Part shown: positions 36,498-44,263 of the stretch, one piece after another
How positions within the stretch are numbered: position 1 is the stretch's first letter
How the letters are laid out: every line of letters starts with the position of its first letter
NCBI GenBank assembly: GCA_900319675.1
Contig: ONPK01000001.1
Location: forward strand, 1-62,449
DNA length: 62,449 nt
Origin: an uncultured Bacillota bacterium
GTDB lineage: Bacteria > Bacillota_I > Bacilli_A > Erysipelotrichales > Erysipelotrichaceae
Direction: 5' to 3'
Made by a program: the position numbers and the translations under genes
Notes under the pieces: generated by a model
Databases searched by the model: none
Seen by the model: the letters and a program-made list of their open reading frames with translations, nothing else
Told to the model about the DNA's origin: nothing

Positions 36498-37915
36498 TGA
36501 CGATATCGGCTGATATTCTGAATTCATATGAATATCCCGAAATAAACATAGATGATCTTCTTGCTCAGGAAATTGAGAAGGATGATCACGTCTTTGTCGT
36601 GCTTGACGACGATCCAACCGGTGTTCAGACCGTTCATGACGTCAACGTTTATACTGACTGGCAAACCGATACGTTGATAAATGCTTTCAGAGAGGACAGA
36701 CTGTTCTTCATTCTGACCAACTCAAGAGCCTTAAGCGTGGAGGAAACGACCAGACTGCACAGGGAGATCGTTGAAAACGTAAGCTGGGCAGCGAAAAAGA
36801 CCGGAAAGAAATACTTCTTCATTTCCAGGGGTGACTCTACCTTAAGAGGACATTATCCACTGGAAACGGATCTGCTTTGCGAAGGCTTATTAAGACAGTA
36901 TGGCAGGGTAGACGGTGACATTCTCTTTCCGTTCTTCAAGGAAGGCAACAGATTTACCGTTAACGACATTCACTATGTCAGATACGGCAATGAAATGGTA
37001 CCGTGCGGAGAGACTGAATTTGCCCAGGACCAGACCTTTGGCTACGCCAGTTCAGACCTCAAGGCTTACATTGAGGAAAAGTGTGAAGGGACTTATAGGA
37101 AGGAAGATGTCATCAGCGTTTCTCTGGAAGAGTTAAGAAAGGCTGACATTGACAGCGTTCTGAATAAGCTTATGGGTACAGAAAACCATCGCCGCATCAT
37201 TGTCAATGCCGTGGATTACATTGACGTAAAGATCTTCTGTCTGGCGCTGTACAAGGCCATTTCTGCGGGAAAGGTATTCATGTTCCGTACGGCAGCTTCA
37301 TTTGTCAGATGCGTAGGCGGCATCAGTGAAAAGCCTCTTCTGACAAGGGAAGAAATGGTGACAGGATCGTCATCTGTTAACGGCGGTGTCATCGTTGTGG
37401 GCTCACATACGGACAAGACGACCAGACAGCTTAACAAACTGCTGGAACTTGATAATGTCGTTCCCGTAGCCTTCAGGTCATCACTGATACTTGAGGGAAG
37501 TGAGGCGATCGAAAGGGAGATCCAGCGCTGTCTGAGCGAAGAGGAAAAACTGATAAATGAAGGCAAGAACCCTGTAGTCTACACGGAAAGACAGGTCATC
37601 AGTCTGCCGGATGATACCAGGGAAAAGGCTCTGAAGAGGAGCACGGCCATATCCGAGTGTCTTCTGCAGATGGTTAAGAGATTAAGCGTGGAACCGTCCT
37701 TCGTGGTTGCCAAGGGTGGCATTACTTCCGCAGATGTCGGTGTAAAGGCACTGGCCATCAGAAAGGCGAGAGTTGCCGGACAGATCCAGCCGGGAGTTCC
37801 GGTATGGATAGCCGATGAGAATTCAAAATTCCCTGACATTCCCTATGTAATATTCCCGGGAAATGTCGGTGATGATGAAACGCTGTATAACGCAGTGAAA
37901 ACATTGATAGGATAA
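36497..37915 (+). CDS. Four-carbon acid-sugar kinase family protein (DUF1537, OtnK/DtnK-like)
   Basis: VVLDDDPTGVQTV N-terminal motif, 472 aa, C-terminal KGGITS. Its ATG overlaps the upstream TAA. Confidence 0.75.
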   Translation: MTISADILNSYEYPEINIDDLLAQEIEKDDHVFVVLDDDPTGVQTVHDVNVYTDWQTDTLINAFREDRLFFILTNSRALSVEETTRLHREIVENVSWAAKKTGKKYFFISRGDSTLRGHYPLETDLLCEGLLRQYGRVDGDILFPFFKEGNRFTVNDIHYVRYGNEMVPCGETEFAQDQTFGYASSDLKAYIEEKCEGTYRKEDVISVSLEELRKADIDSVLNKLMGTENHRRIIVNAVDYIDVKIFCLALYKAISAGKVFMFRTAASFVRCVGGISEKPLLTREEMVTGSSSVNGGVIVVGSHTDKTTRQLNKLLELDNVVPVAFRSSLILEGSEAIEREIQRCLSEEEKLINEGKNPVVYTERQVISLPDDTREKALKRSTAISECLLQMVKRLSVEPSFVVAKGGITSADVGVKALAIRKARVAGQIQPGVPVWIADENSKFPDIPYVIFPGNVGDDETLYNAVKTLIG

Positions 37916-37951
37916 AAAATAAGGATTTCAGTAACGAATGCTGAAATCCTT
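37914..37951. terminator. Bidirectional terminator between convergent genes
   Basis: 11-bp stem AAGGATTTCAG/CTGAAATCCTT. The A-run on the plus strand gives a T-run for the minus-strand gene. Confidence 0.7.
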
Positions 37952-38914
37952 ATATTCTTCTATGGTATCTTCAATTTCAGGATGGTCTTTTGCCCAGGCC
38001 TGTCTGTATCTGATTATCAGATCACGCTTGCGGAACAGCTGTTCGTTTTCCCTGTTGCCGTAGATCTGAGCCAACTCTTTCGTGGAAGGCATCTTTCCGT
38101 AAAAGGCGTCATCCTTTTCCTCAAGCTCCTTCAGAATGTCCTTGCCTGTTAAATGCAGATAAGGGGAATCATCTCTCAATACCTTTACCAGTATTCTGGT
38201 CTCCGGTTCTTCAAATTCATTCTCTTCAAGCCATTCTCTTTCAGTCTTATAGGGGCTCTTGCCGAAGTTCTTTTTTATTACCTTTGGCAGCCTGTCAAAG
38301 TCTTCTCTGGTAAGTCTCAGATCTTCCAGGTATCTTCCCCGTCCCTTGGAATGCGGCAGGAAGATGAAGAAGTTACGGGCGTCCAGATCATGGAGATACC
38401 TGTACAGCTTGCCGGCCTGATCCATGTTCTCCTTATTGAGCGGCATGCTGATCCTTACCGGCATGTGCAGTCTCATGCAGGCTCTTAAAGTATCTACCAG
38501 ATAGTCAAAGTCGCCCTTTCTTCCGGCAAACCTGTCATGGTATTCTCTTAAACCGTAGAAAGTCAGATCAACGAGGTTGATTCCCCAGTCCTTCAGATCG
38601 GTAATGAAGTTGGCTATGGCACCCAGATCACGGAACTTAAGTCCGTTCAGCTGCAGGAAATCCCCGGAAGGATATCCCAGTTCCTGAGACATCCTTATGT
38701 AGTCATGCAGGCAGGGATCATCCATGCAGTAGCCCATGTAATAGCTGAAGTGAACGTCAGTGTTCCTGAACTCTTCGTCAAGGCGCCTGATGAAAGCTTC
38801 CGTTTCCTCAAAACCGGTCGTGTTAACCTTGTTTTCACAGGCTAAAAGACAGTAACGGCAATGACTGTTACAGGGAACTCTGAGATCTTCAATCGTGAAT
38901 GATGTTGTTTTCAT
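37928..38914 (-). CDS. Radical SAM protein of unknown function
   Basis: CNSHCRYC (CX3CX2C) at residues 15-22, 328 aa. Confidence 0.75.
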   Translation of the reverse strand: MKTTSFTIEDLRVPCNSHCRYCLLACENKVNTTGFEETEAFIRRLDEEFRNTDVHFSYYMGYCMDDPCLHDYIRMSQELGYPSGDFLQLNGLKFRDLGAIANFITDLKDWGINLVDLTFYGLREYHDRFAGRKGDFDYLVDTLRACMRLHMPVRISMPLNKENMDQAGKLYRYLHDLDARNFFIFLPHSKGRGRYLEDLRLTREDFDRLPKVIKKNFGKSPYKTEREWLEENEFEEPETRILVKVLRDDSPYLHLTGKDILKELEEKDDAFYGKMPSTKELAQIYGNRENEQLFRKRDLIIRYRQAWAKDHPEIEDTIEEYKDFSIRY

Positions 38915-38935
38915 ACCCTCATTCTAACAGAATGT

Positions 38936-38964
38936 TTGTTAAAATGTCATTCTGGACTTATAAT
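38936..38964 (+). promoter_or_regulatory. Candidate SigA promoter placing the TSS at or next to the murI ATG
   Basis: TTGTTA, 17-nt spacer, TATAAT. ATG 38972 begins 7 nt after the -10. No SD. Confidence 0.4.
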
Positions 38965-38971
38965 ACAGATA

Positions 38972-39688
38972 ATGAATATCGGCGTATTTGACTCAGGAAT
39001 CGGCGGACTTACCGTCTTGGAAGAACTAATCAGGGAGCTGCCTCACTGTAACTTCTTCTTTTATGGTGACAATAAGAACAATCCCTATGGCGATAAGAGT
39101 GATGAGGAGCTGATCAGGATAACCTCAGGCGTCGTTGATGAACTGAATAAGAAAGGCTGCAGAATGATCGTCATTGCGTGCGGTACCGCTACGACCAGAT
39201 GCATGGACAGACTGCAGGAACTGTACCCGGACAACATCTTCATCGGCACCTTACCGGCCGTAAAGACCGCCTGTGAAAAGGACTTCAGAAACATCATGGT
39301 AATGGCTACGACGGCAACCATCACCTCAGCCAAACTGAAGGAAATAATCGATGAGAACATCCGTGAGGGACAGAACATCTATCCGGTTGCCTGTCCGGGA
39401 CTGGCTGATGCCATAGAGGCCAACGATGAGAAGGCCATTGGCAGGATCCTGAACAGGATCAGAAGAGAATACAGAGATAAGAACATCGATGCCATTGTAC
39501 TGGGCTGTACGCATTATCCCTTCATCAGGGATGAAATACAGAAGAAATTCCCCAAGGCCGTACTGATGGACAGTGCCAGGGGAGTAGCCAGGGCTGTCAG
39601 TCGCCAGCTCAGAGAGAGCGGTCTGATGGTCGATGAAAAAGAAAAGGGAACCCTTGAAGTAACGTTTACCAGAAAAAAAGCTGCCTAG
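38972..39688 (+). CDS. murI: Glutamate racemase
   Basis: MNIGVFDSGIGGLTV, IACGTAT, LGCTHYPF. The ORF opens at TTG 38936. Confidence 0.9.
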   Translation: MNIGVFDSGIGGLTVLEELIRELPHCNFFFYGDNKNNPYGDKSDEELIRITSGVVDELNKKGCRMIVIACGTATTRCMDRLQELYPDNIFIGTLPAVKTACEKDFRNIMVMATTATITSAKLKEIIDENIREGQNIYPVACPGLADAIEANDEKAIGRILNRIRREYRDKNIDAIVLGCTHYPFIRDEIQKKFPKAVLMDSARGVARAVSRQLRESGLMVDEKEKGTLEVTFTRKKAA

Positions 39689-39700
39689 GCAGCTTTTCGT
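39672..39700. terminator. Bidirectional terminator
   Basis: Palindrome AAGCTGCCTAGGCAGCTT flanked by an A-run and a T-run. Confidence 0.7.
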
Positions 39701-39704
39701 TTAC

Positions 39705-40880
39705 TTAGAAATATAATGAATCAACTTCAGGAATGTTCTTGTCCAGACACTCTCTGGCCTTGTCGATCAATGGCTTGCCATCTTCATAGCCGTATCTCTT
39801 GATCGTTCTTCTTAAGATGCGGGTAAAGCCGACTATTGAGGCCTTCTTGATGATCTCCTGAATTTCTTCCTCACTGCGTCCTTCCAGATACTTGTGCATG
39901 AACTTGTTGAAGAACAGTACGCTGTCATCCCATTCCAGTCCCAGGAAAGACTTGGCAACGCTGTGGTCAGCGCTGTTGAAGCCGATGTAGGCATTGAATA
40001 CGGCTGCCAGTTCGAAGATCGGATGTCCTTCACACAGGGTGTCCATGTCGATGAGCAGAACTTCGCCATTCTGCATCATGACATTCTTGAGGTGATAGTC
40101 CCCGTGCAGCATGTGATGGGTTTCCGGGATGTCATTCATCATCTTATTCAGTTTTTTCCATTCATCTAACGGCAGGTGATCCTTGAGGAAGTCTACCCAG
40201 TCAACAGCTACGGCCTTCATGGATGGCATTTCGCCTTCCTTTACCTCGGTAGCGTGGATCTTCTTGATTAGTTCAACGTCCATGTCTACGATCTCATCCA
40301 TGGTGTATCTACCGTTGATGAGCAGTTTGGCAAATGAATCGGCATTGAGCAGTTCAAATACGGAACCGAAGTTCTCTCCTACCTTTACGACATCGTAAGG
40401 AATGGCAGTCGGGATGCCAAGAATGAGAGCCTTTCTGGCCATCTCACGTTCTCTCTTGATGTCATCCAGAGAGCTGTACTTGTTATAGACCTTGACGATG
40501 GTATCGGCATCATAGCGGTATACCGTACCGTTGGCTCCCTGTCCGATGACTTCACAGCCGTCAACTGAGAACTTGCGGTAGGCCTTTTCAATGGTCATCA
40601 TTTCCGTGAAACCGGTCATTTCCAGGATCTCGTATACTTCGCTTCTGACGTTGGTTACCTTGAATTCGGAATAGTCCTTCTTAAGCCTGAGAATGATTCT
40701 TAATCCGGCACTGGAAATGTAGTTAAGATCTTCTGCATCCAGAATCAGTTCATTGAACTGCTGGTTTTCCAGAGCGTCTCTTATTTCCTTTTCGGTGTCA
40801 GGTGCGTTTGAAGAATCAACATTGCCGCTGACGGAAACAGTCATTACTCCTTCTTTTAATTCAGCTTTTACGTTACTCAT
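39705..40880 (-). CDS. STAS domain fused to an APH/choline-kinase-like phosphotransferase domain
   Basis: N-terminus: ..LILDAEDLNYISSAGLRIIL..VYEILEMTGF (STAS). C-terminus: GQGANGTVY, VKVY, HGDYHLKNV, LIDMD (kinase-like). Confidence 0.75.
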   Translation of the reverse strand: MSNVKAELKEGVMTVSVSGNVDSSNAPDTEKEIRDALENQQFNELILDAEDLNYISSAGLRIILRLKKDYSEFKVTNVRSEVYEILEMTGFTEMMTIEKAYRKFSVDGCEVIGQGANGTVYRYDADTIVKVYNKYSSLDDIKREREMARKALILGIPTAIPYDVVKVGENFGSVFELLNADSFAKLLINGRYTMDEIVDMDVELIKKIHATEVKEGEMPSMKAVAVDWVDFLKDHLPLDEWKKLNKMMNDIPETHHMLHGDYHLKNVMMQNGEVLLIDMDTLCEGHPIFELAAVFNAYIGFNSADHSVAKSFLGLEWDDSVLFFNKFMHKYLEGRSEEEIQEIIKKASIVGFTRILRRTIKRYGYEDGKPLIDKARECLDKNIPEVDSLYF

Positions 40881-41451
40881 GCTTTATTCCTCCAAATATC
40901 AGGTTGAGATAGTATTTGTATTCGTGCCAGGCATTTGACTCATGCAGATCCCTGGTCAGTTCGAGAACACTGTTGTAGTACCAGTACTGTTCAGCCGGGT
41001 CAGACTCATTGAACTTCTTCCAGAGGTCGTCTCCTTCGTGAACATAGTCACGGAAACAGGCTCTGATGTTGGACAGCTTGTCAGCCAGCCACAGTTTCTT
41101 GACGTCAATGTCATTCATTTCAGCCATGCGCTGCAGGGATTCCTGCTTTCTGATCTTCCAGGTCTGATCGGAAGGCAGGTCCTTTCTCTTGTTTTCGGTT
41201 TCAGATTCCACCAGCTTGGCTATCTTTTCCGAGAAGTTAGCCCTGATGTCTTCCATTGTCACGTCGGTATCTTCCACAGTGTCATGCAGCAGGGCTGCGG
41301 AGAGTACTTCGTCATCATCACTTAAGGTAGCTACGATGGCGCACACCTCGATAGGGTGCAGGATGTATGGTATGGTAGTCCATTTCCTTTTCTGACCTCT
41401 GTGAGCATCGATGGCAAACTGCAGGGCCTTGTCAAAATACTTTTCTTTCAT
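40873..41451 (-). CDS. Small RelA/SpoT-type HD hydrolase (small alarmone hydrolase-like)
   Basis: AHRGQKRK..IPYILHPIEV..AALLHDTVEDT, 192 aa, no synthetase domain. Confidence 0.8.
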   Translation of the reverse strand: MKEKYFDKALQFAIDAHRGQKRKWTTIPYILHPIEVCAIVATLSDDDEVLSAALLHDTVEDTDVTMEDIRANFSEKIAKLVESETENKRKDLPSDQTWKIRKQESLQRMAEMNDIDVKKLWLADKLSNIRACFRDYVHEGDDLWKKFNESDPAEQYWYYNSVLELTRDLHESNAWHEYKYYLNLIFGGIKHE

Positions 41452-41452
41452 C

Positions 41453-43309
41453 TTACTTCCCCAGTTTCTTGATTACAGTCAGGACGTTCTGACCGTTCTC
41501 ATATACATAATTAAGCTTGTCCATGGTCTTTCTGACTAAGAAGAGACCGAGTCCGCCGATCTTTCTCTGTTCCAGAGGCGCATTGACATCAGGATCTGCC
41601 TGTTCAAGCGGATTGAACGGGACTCCTGAATCTCTGAATGTCATGGCTATTTCCTCTTCGTTTACTTCCATTTCCACGCTTATGTCACCGTTCTTGCCGT
41701 CTCTGTAGGCAAACTTTGTGACATTGCTCATCAGCTCATCGATGACGACATCTATCTGAGTCTGGATCTTCTGCGGGATGTTGCTCTTCTGCAGTCTGTC
41801 ATTAACGAACTCCGTGACCTTTTCAATGCTGTCAACGACAGCAGGCAGGGTTATCTTCTGCACTTCACTGCCCTTGTATCTTAAAGCCAGCATCGTCAGA
41901 TCGTCAAACTGTTCGTTGCCTTTTTCAAAATCGTGGATGTCCTTTTCAATGTTGTCACAGAATTCTTTCATATCGCAGTTGTAATTCCCTCTGATCACAT
42001 TCAGCAGTCTTTCCGTACCGTACAGTTCGTTGGTGACGTTTTCTGCTTCGGTAACACCGTCAGTATACAGATATATGATGTCGCCCTTTTCGAGCTTTAT
42101 TTCAAAGTCAGGATATTCTATGTTCTCCATGCCGCCCAGAATGAAGCAGGGCTTGCAAGTGAGAACTTCAGGTTCACCGTTTCTGACGATGACTGGAGGG
42201 CAGTGTCCGGCATTTGCATAGGTTATCTTGCCGGTGTTGAGATCAATGATTCCCATCCATGCCGTGACGAACAGTCCGGTCTTGTTGTTGTCGCACAGAG
42301 TATTGTTTACGGCGCGGAATATTTCCGAAGGCTTCAGTCCGCGTTTCGCGTGGCTCTTCATCAGGGTCTTGGCAACGGCCATGAACAGTGAAGCTGAAAT
42401 GCTCTTGCCGGAAACGTCGGCCATAACGAATGCCAGATGACTGTTGTCGACGAGGGCAAAGTCGTAATAGTCACCGCCTACCTCTCTGGCGGGTTTCATG
42501 ATGGCGTAAAGATCAAATTCGGTACGGTCAGGGAAGGCCGGGAACTCATCCGGAATCATGCCTTTCTGGATGTCTCTGGCCAGAGTAAGTTCTGACTCGA
42601 TCCTTGAGGTCTTCTGCGTGATGGCTGCCTGTTCCAGTACCATTGCCCGTCCTCTTTCAGCGATGTTAACGCTGATTACGGCTATCAGGATGTAGGTAAG
42701 CAGTTTCGGGAGGTAGGAATACAGCAGGGTATTCCTCATTAACATTCCCTCATCGAGGCCTATTGCCCTGAAACTGTTGCCAAGGAATCGGCTTATGACG
42801 GTAATTACCGTGTCCTGAGGGAGAGTAACGACGTTCAGATCTATTACTCCAGCTCTGACGCTGCCGATCGTTGACAGAGTAAACAGTATTACCGTCAGAA
42901 ATGCGATGGTCTTGGTCAGGGAACGTGAGAAGTAACGGCTGCTCAGAAGAACCGGTATCGCCATCAGCAGGGGAACCTTATATGACAGGAATACGTCTGC
43001 ACTGGCGCAGGCTAAGGTCAGTGATGCCAGGAGCACAAGCTTCAGCCACCATGTCTCCTGCTTGAAGTAGTGACTGAGAATGTACGGTATTGACAGTTCT
43101 ACGATGCCGACCCATACTGCCATGTTGATCAGTGTTGAAGACATCGGGAAGATGTCCAGCACATGCAGCAACCATGTGGTCAGAAGCAAGGCAATCCCCA
43201 ATCCTATTACGTGAGTTACAAGCTTGTTTGCCTGAACCTCACTGTGCCAGAATACCTCATCAGTTTTCCTGAACATCCGTTTTATTTCATTTAAGATGCT
43301 CTTTAACAT
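41453..43309 (-). CDS. Multi-pass membrane PP2C/SpoIIE phosphatase fused to an RsbW/SpoIIAB-like GHKL Ser kinase domain
   Basis: About 230-aa hydrophobic N-terminus. PP2C (ARDIQKGMIP, REVGGDYYDF, YTDGVTEA). C-terminus (ELMSNVTKFAY, GGLGLFLVRK). Confidence 0.78.
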   Translation of the reverse strand: MLKSILNEIKRMFRKTDEVFWHSEVQANKLVTHVIGLGIALLLTTWLLHVLDIFPMSSTLINMAVWVGIVELSIPYILSHYFKQETWWLKLVLLASLTLACASADVFLSYKVPLLMAIPVLLSSRYFSRSLTKTIAFLTVILFTLSTIGSVRAGVIDLNVVTLPQDTVITVISRFLGNSFRAIGLDEGMLMRNTLLYSYLPKLLTYILIAVISVNIAERGRAMVLEQAAITQKTSRIESELTLARDIQKGMIPDEFPAFPDRTEFDLYAIMKPAREVGGDYYDFALVDNSHLAFVMADVSGKSISASLFMAVAKTLMKSHAKRGLKPSEIFRAVNNTLCDNNKTGLFVTAWMGIIDLNTGKITYANAGHCPPVIVRNGEPEVLTCKPCFILGGMENIEYPDFEIKLEKGDIIYLYTDGVTEAENVTNELYGTERLLNVIRGNYNCDMKEFCDNIEKDIHDFEKGNEQFDDLTMLALRYKGSEVQKITLPAVVDSIEKVTEFVNDRLQKSNIPQKIQTQIDVVIDELMSNVTKFAYRDGKNGDISVEMEVNEEEIAMTFRDSGVPFNPLEQADPDVNAPLEQRKIGGLGLFLVRKTMDKLNYVYENGQNVLTVIKKLGK

Positions 43310-43317
43310 GAGGCCTC

Positions 43318-43617
43318 CTATTTTATGTTCAGTATGCTGCTGAAACCGGTAATGTCGAATATTTCCATGATGTACTCATTGACATTGGAGACAACAAGAT
43401 TGCCGCCCTTTTCGCTGACCTTCTTCTGAGTCAGCAGAAAGACACGCAGTCCTGAAGAAGATGTGTATTCAAGCTTGCTCAGATCAAGCTCAATGTCGTC
43501 AGTTGTTTCCAGGGTTTCATTGACTGCTTTTTCCAGTTCGCTGCTGTTGGATGTATCAAGACGTCCCTCAAGGTAAAGGACAGTCTTTCCGTTGATCGTT
43601 TCTTTTTTTATGTCCAT
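43318..43617 (-). CDS. STAS-domain anti-sigma-factor antagonist-like protein
   Basis: 99 aa, LEGRLDTSNS, LEYTSSSGLRVFL, IMEIFDITGF. Confidence 0.85.
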   Translation of the reverse strand: MDIKKETINGKTVLYLEGRLDTSNSSELEKAVNETLETTDDIELDLSKLEYTSSSGLRVFLLTQKKVSEKGGNLVVSNVNEYIMEIFDITGFSSILNIK

Positions 43618-43662
43618 ATTATCCTGCCTTATTTACATAGTATTAATACACTACCATTTTGC

Positions 43663-43690
43663 CACAAAAAAAACGATGTTTCCATCGTTT
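43663..43690 (-). terminator. Rho-independent terminator separating the upstream gene from the STAS operon
   Basis: Minus strand: AAACGATG-GAAA-CATCGTTT followed by TTTTTTTT. Confidence 0.8.
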
Positions 43691-44183
43691 AGAGAAATAC
43701 TTTGAGAAATCCCAGCACGCCATAGCAGGCTAATGTGAGAATTACACCGGCCATTACCACTCCCAGAACTATGCTCAGGAAACCTCTCTTGAAGTCAAAG
43801 CCGAGGATGGTAGCTACCAGAGATCCGGACCAGGCACCTGTTCCGGGAACCGGAATGCCTACGAACATCGTCAGGGCGAAGAACCCGTACTTCCTGACGG
43901 CTTCACTCTTGGCGTTCAGCTTTTCCTCATATCTGGTGAAGAAACTGCCGAAGGTCTTGGTCGTCTTGAGCCACTTGATGATCTTCATGCCAAACAGCAG
44001 CAGGAAAGGCACGGGCAGAAGATTGCTTACTACACAGATCGGCAGGACCTTGTACCACGGCATGCCCTTGGCAGCGCCGAAGATGATCGCTCCTCTTTCC
44101 TCGATCAGGGGAATCAGTGAAATCATGAACAGGGCAAATTCATTACCCAGTCCTGCAAAGAAGTTAAAGATGTTCTGTATCAT
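43689..44183 (-). CDS. Small multidrug export-like membrane protein (COG2426 type)
   Basis: SLIPLIEERGAI, PVPGTGAWSG. The ORF opens at 44291, but a family-like start is at MIQNIF. Confidence 0.6.
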   Translation of the reverse strand: MIQNIFNFFAGLGNEFALFMISLIPLIEERGAIIFGAAKGMPWYKVLPICVVSNLLPVPFLLLFGMKIIKWLKTTKTFGSFFTRYEEKLNAKSEAVRKYGFFALTMFVGIPVPGTGAWSGSLVATILGFDFKRGFLSIVLGVVMAGVILTLACYGVLGFLKVFL

Positions 44184-44263
44184 ATTTGTCCCTTTCCAGC
44201 ATATCCGGTGCTTATTAAATATATCAAATATGATATAATTAATGCAACAGGTGGTATTTTCGT

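Noticed and set aside
34449-43690. Two terminators share the stem AAACGATG(T)..CATCGTTT (34449-34476 on the plus strand, 43663-43690)
   Set aside because: Only 8-9 bp are shared, and the loops and flanks differ. This is most likely coincidental similarity of A/T-flanked terminator stems rather than a repeat family.
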